DNA from: an uncultured delta proteobacterium
Lineage (GTDB): Bacteria; Myxococcota_A; Polyangia; Palsa-1104
Direction of reading: 5' to 3'
Assembly (NCBI GenBank): GCA_963785725.1
Contig: CAWAWS010000006.1
Coordinates: 32,001-96,000 of the forward strand
DNA length: 64,000 nt
Part shown: piece by piece, positions 1 through 8,985 of the stretch
How positions within the stretch are numbered: position 1 is the first letter of the stretch
Layout: every line of letters starts with the position of its first letter
Notes under the pieces: generated by a model
Database searches by the model: none
Told to the model about the DNA's origin: nothing
Seen by the model: only the letters and a program-made list of their open reading frames with translations
Program-made: the position numbers and the translations under genes

Positions 1-298
1 GCCTTCGCCGTGGTTGTCGGCGCGCATGATGAACGTGAGGTACTTGACGGTGACGACCATCGTCAGCGCCCAGAAGATGAGCGACAGGACGCCGTAGACG
101 TTCTCGGGCGACGCGCGGCACGCCGTGCTCGCTCGAGACGCACTCCTTGAGCGTGTAGAGCGGGCTCGTGCCGATGTCGCCGAAGACGACGCCGAGCGCG
201 CCCAGCGCCAACATGCGCAGTTGGCTGCCGTGCACCGTATGCGGATGCGAATGCGCTGCTGAGGAATCGGCCGTCGCGGGCGGGGCGGACGTGGACAT
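1..298 (-). CDS. kup: Kup-family potassium uptake transporter, N-terminal part (runs off the window; +1 frameshift near 115)
   Basis: Manual translation gives MSTSAPPA...[24 protein letters not shown] and, after a frameshift, [35 protein letters not shown]. Both are Kup signatures. Confidence 0.93.
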   Translation of the reverse strand, partial: MSTSAPPATADSSAAHSHPHTVHGSQLRMLALGALGVVFGDIGTSPLYTLKECVSSEHGVPRVARERLRRPVAHLLGADDGRHRQVPHVHHARRQPRRR

Positions 299-311
299 GG
301 GTGGCGGCAGC

Positions 312-2021
312 TTACTTGTTCGTGGCCTTCGGTGCGAGTGACGGCGGCCGCGGTAACAGGAAGTTCACAGCCAGCGCCGCGACGACGACGACGACACAGC
401 CGACGACGTTGTACCAAAGGTAGGTCCAGCTCGTGAGCCAGAACGTCGCGAAGACGCAGACTTGCCCGATGAGCGTGGCGATGAACACCGGCGTGGCGCG
501 GATGAATTTGGCGAAGAAGGCGATGAGGAAGACGCCCAACATCGGGCCGTAAAAGAGCGAGCCCAAGATGTTGACGGCCTGGATGAGGTTGTCGAGCTGC
601 GCGGCGAAAGCGGCGAAGGCGACGGCGAGCAGGCCCCAAAAGACGGTGAACCATTTGGCGGCGTTCAGGTAGGTGCGATCTTCGCGGTTGGGCTGCCACA
701 AGCGGTAGAAGTCGACGACGCTGGTGGAGCCGAGCGAGTTGAGCGCGCTGGCCGTCGCCGACATGGCCGCGCAGACGATGACGGCGAGCAAGAGGCCGAT
801 GAGGCCGCTCGGAAATTGGCTCATGACGAAGCCGATGAAGATGTAATCCTGATCCTTGATGTCGCTGCCGCGCGTCTCCGCGAGCAGCTTCTTGGCGCGC
901 GTGCGCACGGCGTCGGTGGCCGCGCCGCCGGCGCGCAATTCGTCGGCGGCGCTGGCTTTGCGCGCGTCGTCGGCGGTGGCGAGCGCGCTCGCGTAATGGT
1001 CGACCGCGAGCCGGCGCTGCGCGAAGGCCGCATCCCAGTCGGCGTCGAGCCGGCGCGCGTCGGCGGCGCGCGGCCCCGTGTGCGCGCGCTGCCATTCGCC
1101 TTGGTTGAAGAAGAGCGGCGGCTGGTGAAAGAGATAGAACACGAAGAGCAAGACGCCGACGAACAGGATCATGAACTGCATCGGCAGCTTCAAGATGCCG
1201 TTGAACACGAGGCCCAGGCGCGACTCCGTCAGCGACGCGCCGCCGAGATAGCGCTGCACCTGCGACTGATCGGTGCCGAAGTAGGCGAGCGCGACGAAGA
1301 GGCCGCCGGTCATGCCCGACCAGAACGTGTAGCGCCGGTCGAAGCGCCAGGCGTAGTCGACGATCTTCATCTTCCCGAGCGCGCCCGCCAAGTGCACGGC
1401 GTGGTCGAGCGAGAGATCCGCCGGCAATTGCCGGCGAATGAAGAAGAACGCCAGCGCCATGCCGGCGAGCATCACGATCATCTGGAACGTCTGCGTGCGG
1501 CTGACGACGCGCGTGCCGCCGGACACGGTGTACACGATCGTCACCGAGCCGATGACGAGGTTCGTCCACTGCAGCGGCCAGCCGAGCACGGTCGACAGCA
1601 CGATCGCCGGCGCGTAGATCGACACGCCCGCCGCCAAGCTGCGCGAGACGAGGAACAGGATCGCCGTCAATTGCCGCGTCTTGCGATCGAAGCGCTGCTC
1701 CAAGAATTCGTAGGCGGTGTAGACCTTCAAGCGATAGTAGAGCGGCAAGAAGAACGCCGACAGGATCACCATCGCGACCGGCAGGCCGAAGTAGAACTGC
1801 AGAAAGCCCATGCCGTCTTCGAACGCTTGGCCGGGCATCGATAGGAAGGTGATGGCGCTCGCTTGCGTGGCCATGATCGAGAGGCCGATCGTCCACCAGC
1901 GCAGATCGCGGCCGCCGCGCAGGTAGACGTCGCTCGTCTTGGCGCCGCGATCGCGCCAGCTGCCGTAGCCGACGATGGCGGCGATGGTGCCGACGAGCAC
2001 GATCCAGTCGAGTAACTTCAT
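312..2021 (-). CDS. Sodium:solute symporter (SSS) family protein
   Basis: Multi-TM protein with [25 protein letters not shown] and [13 protein letters not shown]. Start placed at MKLLDW (2021), preceded by GGAG. The longer ORF start at 2111 lies inside a repeat unit. Confidence 0.92.
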   Translation of the reverse strand: MKLLDWIVLVGTIAAIVGYGSWRDRGAKTSDVYLRGGRDLRWWTIGLSIMATQASAITFLSMPGQAFEDGMGFLQFYFGLPVAMVILSAFFLPLYYRLKVYTAYEFLEQRFDRKTRQLTAILFLVSRSLAAGVSIYAPAIVLSTVLGWPLQWTNLVIGSVTIVYTVSGGTRVVSRTQTFQMIVMLAGMALAFFFIRRQLPADLSLDHAVHLAGALGKMKIVDYAWRFDRRYTFWSGMTGGLFVALAYFGTDQSQVQRYLGGASLTESRLGLVFNGILKLPMQFMILFVGVLLFVFYLFHQPPLFFNQGEWQRAHTGPRAADARRLDADWDAAFAQRRLAVDHYASALATADDARKASAADELRAGGAATDAVRTRAKKLLAETRGSDIKDQDYIFIGFVMSQFPSGLIGLLLAVIVCAAMSATASALNSLGSTSVVDFYRLWQPNREDRTYLNAAKWFTVFWGLLAVAFAAFAAQLDNLIQAVNILGSLFYGPMLGVFLIAFFAKFIRATPVFIATLIGQVCVFATFWLTSWTYLWYNVVGCVVVVVAALAVNFLLPRPPSLAPKATNK

Positions 2022-2203
2022 CGAGTCTCCTGCGGAGCTCGATGAGGAGGATGGTCGATCCGCTGGCCCTACGGGCCGGACGCTCACATTCGCTCGCTGG
2101 CGCTCGCTCATCGAGTCTCCTGCGGAGCTCGATGAGGGGATGGTCGATCCGCTGGCCCTACGGGCCGGACGCTCACATTCGCTCGCTGGCGCTCGCTCAT
2201 CGA
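2018..2203. repeat. Tandem duplication of an 89/90-bp intergenic unit bounded by TCGATGA (minus strand)
   Basis: 2019-2108 and 2109-2197 are identical except for one extra base near 2048. Each unit contains the hairpins GGCCC-GTA-GGGCC and TCATCGAGCTCC-GCA-GGAG(A)CTCGATGA. Confidence 0.97.
2108..2200 (-). CDS. Junction mini-[33 protein letters not shown] (30 aa), ATGA-coupled at both ends
   Basis: Its ATG overlaps the upstream TGA (2197-2199) and its TGA overlaps the ATG at 2111. Translation is not demonstrated. Confidence 0.45.
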   Translation of the reverse strand: MSERQRANVSVRPVGPADRPSPHRAPQETR

Positions 2204-2331
2204 TAGAGCCAGGTGACGGCCGACAAGATCGCGATCAGGACGGCGAGCGTGCCCAAGACGAACGCGTACATGCCGCGCCAGCTGCGAAAGAACGGCGGCT
2301 TGTCGTTCTCGGCCAGTGGCTCAGTGGCCAT
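2197..2331 (-). CDS. Small single-TM protein (44 aa) between the PIG-L and SSS genes
   Basis: [44 protein letters not shown]. It overlaps the PIG-L 3' end. Small membrane partners commonly precede SSS genes. Absent from the ORF track. Confidence 0.8.
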   Translation of the reverse strand: MATEPLAENDKPPFFRSWRGMYAFVLGTLAVLIAILSAVTWLYR

Positions 2332-4855
2332 AGGAAATCAGGTTCGAAAAGAGCCGGTAGGCGCCGGGAATTCCCGCCGGCAGCTGCCGGAAGAAGCCGA
2401 GACCGGTGTAGATGAACGCGCCTTTGCCGTGCTTGGCGATGATGAGCGAGCCCAGCGCCGGCTTCTCGTCCTTGTCGTGCATGCTCAGCGGCGCCACGAA
2501 ATGCGCCGCGTCCCAGCCTTCGGCGAAGTAGAGGCCGCGCTCCTGCACCCAGCCGACCCAGTCGCGCGCGCCGAGCGGATTGGGCGTGTGCAGCACCGGA
2601 TGGTCCTTGGCGACGTCGACGCTCGCGTTCTCGTCGGTGACGCGGGTCTGCGAGATCGTGAACGCATACGGCCCGATGACCGGCACGTCGGACAGCCAAT
2701 TCTTCGTGTTGTACTGCACGAGCAAGGTCCCGCCCGCGGCCACGTAATCCATGAGCCGCTTGTGCACGACCTCCAGGCGCGGATTGACGTTGAACGCGCG
2801 CACGCCGACGACGATGGTCTCGAAGCGCGCCAACGAATCGTGCGCCAGCGCTTCGTCGTCGAGCAGCGTCACGTCGTAGCCGACTTGCCGCAGCGCCGCC
2901 GGCACGTCGTCGCCGGCGCCGGGAATGTAGCCGAGATGCGTGCGCGTCCGATGCAGCTCGAGGCGCACGACCTTGACCTCCGTCGCCGGCAAGATCGTCT
3001 GAATCGGAATGTGCGGATACTCGATGCGCGTCAAGGCATGCAGCGGCTGCGGCGACTGCCCATCGAGCGCGACCGTAAAATGAATGAGCGCGCTCGCGTC
3101 GGTCGTCTTGGCCGGCGGCTTGACGTGAAAGGCCAGCTCGGTCTCGACGCCGCGGCTCGCCAGCTCGACGCGCGCCGAGCCCGGCTCGACGGTCCAGCCC
3201 GCGGGCACGACCGGCGTAATCGTCGCTTTGATCGCGCCCGCCGTCTGCGCGCGCACCGTCAGCTTGAGCGCCTTGCCCTGCGCGTCGGGAAACATGAGCA
3301 GCGGCGCGCGCGGATTGGCCGTCAGCGGCGGCAAGATCTCGAGCGGCCGCACGCGCTCGCCCGCCACCGGATCGGTCCATTTGTAAGCGACCGGCCGCGT
3401 CACCGTAAACGGCACATTGCCGACGGTAAACTGAAACTCGGCCGCGATCGGCGCCGGCTCTTCCGGCCGTCCGATGAGCGTCTGCTCGCTGACCGTCCAA
3501 TGGCCCGGCGACGGCGGCTCGGCCAGCCAATAGGGCGTCGTCAGCCGCTCCGGCGTCTTCGCCGTCGCCGGCTGCGTCCACGGCTGATTCGTCGGCAGCG
3601 GCTTGTCGACGCCGATCGTCCGCTCGCCCAGCCGCACGCTGCGCAACGTCAACGCCGCGTGCGAACGATTGAGCGCGGTCAACGTCAGCTTCACGTCGCC
3701 GCTCGCCGGCGCCGACGACTCGCCCGCGCTGGCGTCGACGTAGAGCCCGGCGCAGGCCGCGATGACGTCGCCGATTTCGGCGCGCTTGGCCGCCTTCCAC
3801 GGCGAATCCGCGAGCGCGTCGAGCGCCGCCGCCGCCTGCGCCAACAGCGGCACGCTCGCCGCCGGATCGCTCGACTTCCACTCGGCGCGCGCCTGCGCCA
3901 GCAGCTTCTGCAGCTTGTCACTGCCGGCGACGCGCGCCCACGTCAGGTTCACGCCGTCGAAGATCGAGCCCGACGTCATCGGCGCGCCGGCCAGCAGCTT
4001 GAAATATTCGTTGGCCGGTCCGCGCTGCGGCGCCGCGCCGAAGCCTTGGCTCTTGTGCATGCTGCGGCTCGTCGCCGCCATCTCGCCGTACGACACGCCC
4101 AGCGACGGGTTGTAGCCGCCGACATCGAGCTTGGCGTAGCTCGATAGATCTTCGCCCGCCGGCACGCCGCCGAAGAAGCCGCGATTCCACACGATGCGCT
4201 TGGCCTGCCACGGCGATACGCCCAGCTTTTGCCACTCGGGGTGATAGCTCTCGTCCGCCGCCAGCTTGAACGCCGCCAGCGCCAGCTGCGCCGACGCGGT
4301 GTGATGGCCGTGCGTGTCGCGACCGTCGGGCGCGAAGCGCGTCACGATGACGTCCGGCTGAAAACGCCGCACCGCCCACACGACGTCGGCCAAGATCGTG
4401 TCGCGATCCCAGATGCTCAGCGTCTCTTCCGGCGTCTTCGAGTAGCCGAAGTCGCGGGCGCGCGAGAACAGCTGCTCGCCGCCGTCGACGCCGCGCGCCG
4501 CCAACAGCTCCTGCGTGCGAATGACGCCGAGCAGCGGCTGCAGCTCACCGCCGATCAAATTCTGCCCGCCTTCACCGCGCGTCAGCGACAAATAGGCCGT
4601 GCGCACCAGCTTGCCGTTGCGCAGCCAGCTCAGCATGCGCGTGTTCTCGTCGTCGGGATGGGCCGCGACGTAGAGCACGTTGCCGACGACGCCGAGCCGC
4701 TCGACGGCGCGCTCGAGCTCGCCCGCGTTCGGCTGCCGGAAGGGCGCGGCCTCGGCGCTCATGCCGATCCCCAAGACCACGACGCAGCAACCGACGAGCG
4801 CGCAGCCCAACGCGCTCCCTCTCGCAAGCAGGGTGGTACCTGACGGAGCGCGCAT
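2321..4855 (-). CDS. Large exported PIG-L/LmbE-family deacetylase with beta-sandwich and C-terminal class I glutamine amidotransferase-like domains
   Basis: Zn motifs AAHPDDE and HGHH, TRGEGGQN, RARDFGYSK; hydrophobic signal segment; C-terminal GYIPGAGD...LMDYVAAGGTLLVQYN. Confidence 0.9.
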   Translation of the reverse strand: MRAPSGTTLLARGSALGCALVGCCVVVLGIGMSAEAAPFRQPNAGELERAVERLGVVGNVLYVAAHPDDENTRMLSWLRNGKLVRTAYLSLTRGEGGQNLIGGELQPLLGVIRTQELLAARGVDGGEQLFSRARDFGYSKTPEETLSIWDRDTILADVVWAVRRFQPDVIVTRFAPDGRDTHGHHTASAQLALAAFKLAADESYHPEWQKLGVSPWQAKRIVWNRGFFGGVPAGEDLSSYAKLDVGGYNPSLGVSYGEMAATSRSMHKSQGFGAAPQRGPANEYFKLLAGAPMTSGSIFDGVNLTWARVAGSDKLQKLLAQARAEWKSSDPAASVPLLAQAAAALDALADSPWKAAKRAEIGDVIAACAGLYVDASAGESSAPASGDVKLTLTALNRSHAALTLRSVRLGERTIGVDKPLPTNQPWTQPATAKTPERLTTPYWLAEPPSPGHWTVSEQTLIGRPEEPAPIAAEFQFTVGNVPFTVTRPVAYKWTDPVAGERVRPLEILPPLTANPRAPLLMFPDAQGKALKLTVRAQTAGAIKATITPVVPAGWTVEPGSARVELASRGVETELAFHVKPPAKTTDASALIHFTVALDGQSPQPLHALTRIEYPHIPIQTILPATEVKVVRLELHRTRTHLGYIPGAGDDVPAALRQVGYDVTLLDDEALAHDSLARFETIVVGVRAFNVNPRLEVVHKRLMDYVAAGGTLLVQYNTKNWLSDVPVIGPYAFTISQTRVTDENASVDVAKDHPVLHTPNPLGARDWVGWVQERGLYFAEGWDAAHFVAPLSMHDKDEKPALGSLIIAKHGKGAFIYTGLGFFRQLPAGIPGAYRLFSNLISYGH

Positions 4856-5142
4856 TCTGGCGTACCTTTCTTAGGCAGTGGCTTAGCGGGTGGCAAAGCG
4901 GAGATGGCCGACACTGATACCCGTCGTATCGCGATGGTCGCTTCAACGCCAGTCGATCTCGCGTTCGATCGAATGGCGCCGAGCGCGCGGTGAGCGCGTC
5001 GACGTGAAACACCGCAGCCGCGTAAAGGGTTGCCACAAAATGATCGTCGCGCGGGCGGAATATCGGATCGGCGGACGCAGTTTGTCGTTCGTGATCAACT
5101 GCGCCATTGGCAAGCGGCAAAGCCGTATTAAATAGACGAGCC

Positions 5143-6742
5143 GTGGCTGCCACCTTTTACGCGTCTTATCTCGCCGCCGGCATGAACGGCGGCGCGCTCT
5201 ATCCCGTCGGCTTCGGCGCGCGCGACGAACGCGTGACGCGCACGCGCGCCGCGGCGCAGCGTCCGCTCGCGCCCGGCATCCTCGCGCGGCTGCGCGCCGA
5301 CAACGAGCCGCTCGGCCCGAGCGACGCGGCGCGCCGCAACCTGGACGCGCTGGCGCAGCCGAACGTCGCGGTCGTCGTCACCGGCCAGCAAGTCGGCCTC
5401 TGTCTCGGCCCGCTCTACAGCATCTTCAAGGCGGCGACGGCGATCCGCGTCGCGCGCCAGCTGGAGGCGGAGTCGGGGGTCCGCTGCGTGCCGCTGTTTT
5501 GGCTGCAGACCGAAGATCAAGACTTCGACGAGATCGCCGCCTGTACGGTGCCGCGCCCCGACGGCGAGCTCATGACCTTGCGGCTCGACGACGATCCGCA
5601 ATTGGCGCGCGTTCCCGTGGCCGAGCGGCGCATCGGCCCGGGCCTGTCGCCGCAGCTCGACGCGCTCGCCGACGCGCTCGAGGCGCTGCCGTTCGCCGGC
5701 GAAACCATGGCTCTCTTGCGCGATCACTATCGACCGGGCCATTCGCCGGCGCGCGCGTTCGCCGGCGTCTTGACCGCGATCTTCGCCGACGACGGCCTGG
5801 TCGTGCTCGACCCGCGCAACGAAGTCGTGGCCGGCTTGGCCGCGCCCTTCATGCGCGCCGCCATCGTCGATCACGCGGCCATCGACGCGCTCTTGAGCCG
5901 AACGCGCCGCCGCGCTCGACGCCGCCGGCTTCGCCGAGCAGGTGCGCACGCGGCCGGGCTCGCCCTTGTGCTTCTTCCATCCCGCCGGCGCGCGCGGTCC
6001 GCGCCAGCGGCTGACCCACTGTAGCGGCGGCTTCGCCGTCGACGGCAGCGGCGAAGTCGTGACGGAGGCCGAGCTGCTGGCGACGCTGGCGCGCGATCCC
6101 TTGCGCTTCAGCTCGTCGGCGCTCTTGCGTCCGCTCGTGCAAGACACGATCTTGCCGACGGCGGCCTATGTCGGCGGTCCGGCCGAGGTCAGCTACTTCG
6201 CGCAGCTGGCGCCGCTCTACGCGCACTTCGGCATGACGCCGCCGATGCAAGCGCCGCGCGCGCGCTTTCGCTTACTCCCGCCGCATGTTCGCACGCTGTT
6301 GCAGACGCTCGGCCTGGCGGCGGCCGAGGTCGAAGGCGAGCGCGAGCCGCTGCTCGCGCGCCTGGCGCAACCGGCAGGCGAGCGCGCGCAGGCGCCGTCG
6401 CCGGCGTGGCTGACCGAGCTCGAGGCGCGCCTCGACGACTTCGCCGCGTCGCCCGACTTCACGCCCGCCCTGCGCAAGCCGCTCGAACGCACGCGCGCCG
6501 CCATCCACAAGAACTTCGGCCACCTCGTGCGCGCGCATCGCCATCAGCTGGCGACGCGCGACGCGACCTTGGCCGCGCGCGTCGATCGCCTGCGCCGCTG
6601 GATCTTTCCCGGCGGCGTGCCGCAGGAGCGCGTGCACGCGGCGCCGTATTACCTCGCGCTCGTCGGGCCGGCGGCGCTCGGTCGCGCGCTCGTCGCCGCC
6701 GTCGATCCGGCGCAGCCGCAAACCCGAGATTTGGCGCTATGA
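5143..6742 (+). CDS. bshC: Bacillithiol biosynthesis cysteine-adding enzyme BshC (+1 frameshift near 5896)
   Basis: VVTGQQVGL..GPLYSIFKA and VPLFWLQTEDQDFDEI in ORF 5107-6024; LRPLVQDTILPTAAYVGGPAEVSYFAQL and PQERV in ORF 5942-6742. Start approximate (GTG). Confidence 0.9.
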
Positions 6743-7851
6743 CGTCGATGAAGATCGGCATCACCTGCTTTCCCACCTTCGGCGGCAGCGGCATCATCGC
6801 CACCGAGATCGGCTTGCAGCTGGCGCGCCGCGGTCACGAGGTGCACTTCGTCTGCACGGCCATGCCCTGGCGCTTCGACGACGTGGCGCCCAACGTCCAC
6901 TTTCACGCCGTCGAGCAGCTGCAATATCCGCTCTTCGATCACAGCCCGTATACGCTGGCGCTGACCTCGAAGCTGGTGGCGGTGAGCGACGCCGTCGGGC
7001 TCGACCTCTTGCACGTGCACTACGCGATCCCGCACGCGGCGAGCGCCTACTTGGCGCGACAGATCTTGGGCCCGCGCGCGCCGAAGATCATCACGACGCT
7101 GCACGGCACCGACATCACCGTCGTCGGCAGCGATCCGTCGTTCCTGCCGATCACGCGCTTCGCCATCGAGCAGTCGGACGGCGTGACCGTGCCGTCGGAG
7201 GATCTCAAGCGCTCGACCCATTCGTTGCTCGGCGTCGACGCCAACAAGGCCATCGAGGTCATCCCCAACTTCGTCGACACCGAGATGTATCGGCCGGCGC
7301 CGCGCGATCGGCAGCGCCCGCCGACGGTGGTGCACAACTCCAACTTCCGGCCGCTCAAGCGCGTCGACGACGTGGTGCGCGTGTTCGCGCAGGTGCGGCG
7401 CGCCTGCGACTGCCGGCTCGTCCTCATCGGCGACGGCCCCGAGCGCGACCGCGTCGAGCGGCTGGTGCACGAGCTCGGCCTCGGCGGCGACGTGCGCTTC
7501 TTGGGCGAGCAGCTGCACGTGGCGCCGATCCTGCGCGAGTGCGACGTGTTCCTCTTGCCCAGCGTCACCGAGAGCTTCGGACTGGCGGCGCTGGAGGCGC
7601 TGGCGAGCGGCGTTCCCGTCGTGGCCACGCGTGCCGGCGGTCTGCCCGAGGTCGTGCACGAAGGCGAGAACGGCCTGCTCGCCGCCGTCGGCGACGTCGA
7701 CGCGATGGCCGCCGCCGTCTTGCGCCTCTTGACCGACGCGCCGCTGCACGCGCGCATGGCGGCCGCGGCCCGCGCCGGCGCCGAAGCGCACTATCGCCGC
7801 GACCCGCTGGTCCAGCGCTACGAAGACTATTACCGCCGCGTTCTCGGCTGA
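6739..7851 (+). CDS. bshA: N-acetyl-alpha-D-glucosaminyl L-malate synthase BshA (GT4)
   Basis: MKIGITCFPTFGGSGIIATE, HVHYAIPHA, TTLHGTDIT, SNFRPLKR, ESFGLAALEA. ATGA overlap with bshC; alternative start 6748. Confidence 0.95.
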   Translation: MTSMKIGITCFPTFGGSGIIATEIGLQLARRGHEVHFVCTAMPWRFDDVAPNVHFHAVEQLQYPLFDHSPYTLALTSKLVAVSDAVGLDLLHVHYAIPHAASAYLARQILGPRAPKIITTLHGTDITVVGSDPSFLPITRFAIEQSDGVTVPSEDLKRSTHSLLGVDANKAIEVIPNFVDTEMYRPAPRDRQRPPTVVHNSNFRPLKRVDDVVRVFAQVRRACDCRLVLIGDGPERDRVERLVHELGLGGDVRFLGEQLHVAPILRECDVFLLPSVTESFGLAALEALASGVPVVATRAGGLPEVVHEGENGLLAAVGDVDAMAAAVLRLLTDAPLHARMAAAARAGAEAHYRRDPLVQRYEDYYRRVLG

Positions 7852-7924
7852 TCGACGAACGGAAGCGCGCGGCCGCTCGCAGCGCGCGCGTGAGGGGCGA
7901 CGCCGCCGCTAAGTCAACGCCTGT

Positions 7925-8785
7925 TTACTTGGACTTCCAGTCGTTCAGCGCCTTCTTGACGTCGTCCTTGCCGCCGTATTTGTCGGCCGGCAGCGCCGAG
8001 CCCAGCTGATCGGCCTTCTGCGCCAGCGGCAGCGCCTGCTTGTAGTTGCCCTTGGCCGCCAACAGCTGCGCCTTGGTCCAATCGTTGTTCCACACTTCAC
8101 CGATGGCGATCGAGCGATCGACGAGCTCGAGGCCGGCGTCGTAATCCTTCTTCTGCTCGAGCATGTAGCGCGCCGCCTGGTTGAACGGCGACCACGCCGT
8201 GTCCTCGGCCGTCTTGACGATCGCCGCCACCTGCGCGTCCGTGCCCAGCTTCACCGGCAACGCGATGCGCACCCGCTCCCATTCGAGCACCAGCGCGACC
8301 GCGTTCTGCACCGCGAAGTCGTCGAACGAGTAGGCGAGCCGCTCCTTGTGCGCGATCGGGATCGGCTTGACGTCGACGCGAACCAGATCCTGGTCCGCCT
8401 TGTAGGCGAACGCGCCCGGCTGCACCGGATCCTTGTTGACGATGAAGGTCCAATTGCCCTGCTTTTGCGGGATGACGAAGATCGAGTAGCTGCCGGCCGG
8501 CACCTTCGTCGTGCCGATGGTGACCTCGCGGCTCACCGTCAGCTTCGTCGACAAGTTGGCGCCGGCGCGCCAGACCTGCCCGTATTGCACGACGTTGCCC
8601 CAGATCTTGCGGCCGTTGACGCGCGGGCTCGAGTAATCGACCGTCAGCTCGGTCAGCCCGACCGTCTGCGACACTTTGGCGAACGGGCTCGCGCGCGGCA
8701 GATCGATCTGCTGCGCCTGCGCCACGCCGTTCATACAGATCGCGCTCAGCGCGACCGCGAATACCGACGACAACAGAGTCTTCAT
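7925..8785 (-). CDS. Exported DUF2911-family protein with C-terminal TPR-like helices
   Basis: Signal peptide followed by PRASP..VSQTVGLT..VDYSSP, WRAGAN and GSYSIF; GAGGAGG RBS. Confidence 0.85.
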   Translation of the reverse strand: MKTLLSSVFAVALSAICMNGVAQAQQIDLPRASPFAKVSQTVGLTELTVDYSSPRVNGRKIWGNVVQYGQVWRAGANLSTKLTVSREVTIGTTKVPAGSYSIFVIPQKQGNWTFIVNKDPVQPGAFAYKADQDLVRVDVKPIPIAHKERLAYSFDDFAVQNAVALVLEWERVRIALPVKLGTDAQVAAIVKTAEDTAWSPFNQAARYMLEQKKDYDAGLELVDRSIAIGEVWNNDWTKAQLLAAKGNYKQALPLAQKADQLGSALPADKYGGKDDVKKALNDWKSK

Positions 8786-8985
8786 GGGCAAATTCCTCCT
8801 CGGGAAAGCCAAACGACACAAGTCAGGCGTGAACAGAAAACCGGAGCGCGGCGGCGAGTTCGCGCCATTCGTGCACGCGCCGGTCGGCTCTGCGTTTACC
8901 GCCGCCGGCGCGTCGCCGCAAGGGCCGCCGAAGGCCGTTGTCGCGGCGACGAAAGTATGAAATCCTCGTGTGCGGACAGCTCCGC

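Noticed and set aside
2022..2111. 30-aa N-terminal extension of the SSS protein (MSERQRAN...)
   Set aside because: It is a repeat unit, in frame only because of one extra base relative to its twin.
2018..2203. The tandem units here and at 38228-38343 as a CRISPR array
   Set aside because: The units are contiguous copies with no unique spacers, and no cas genes are present.
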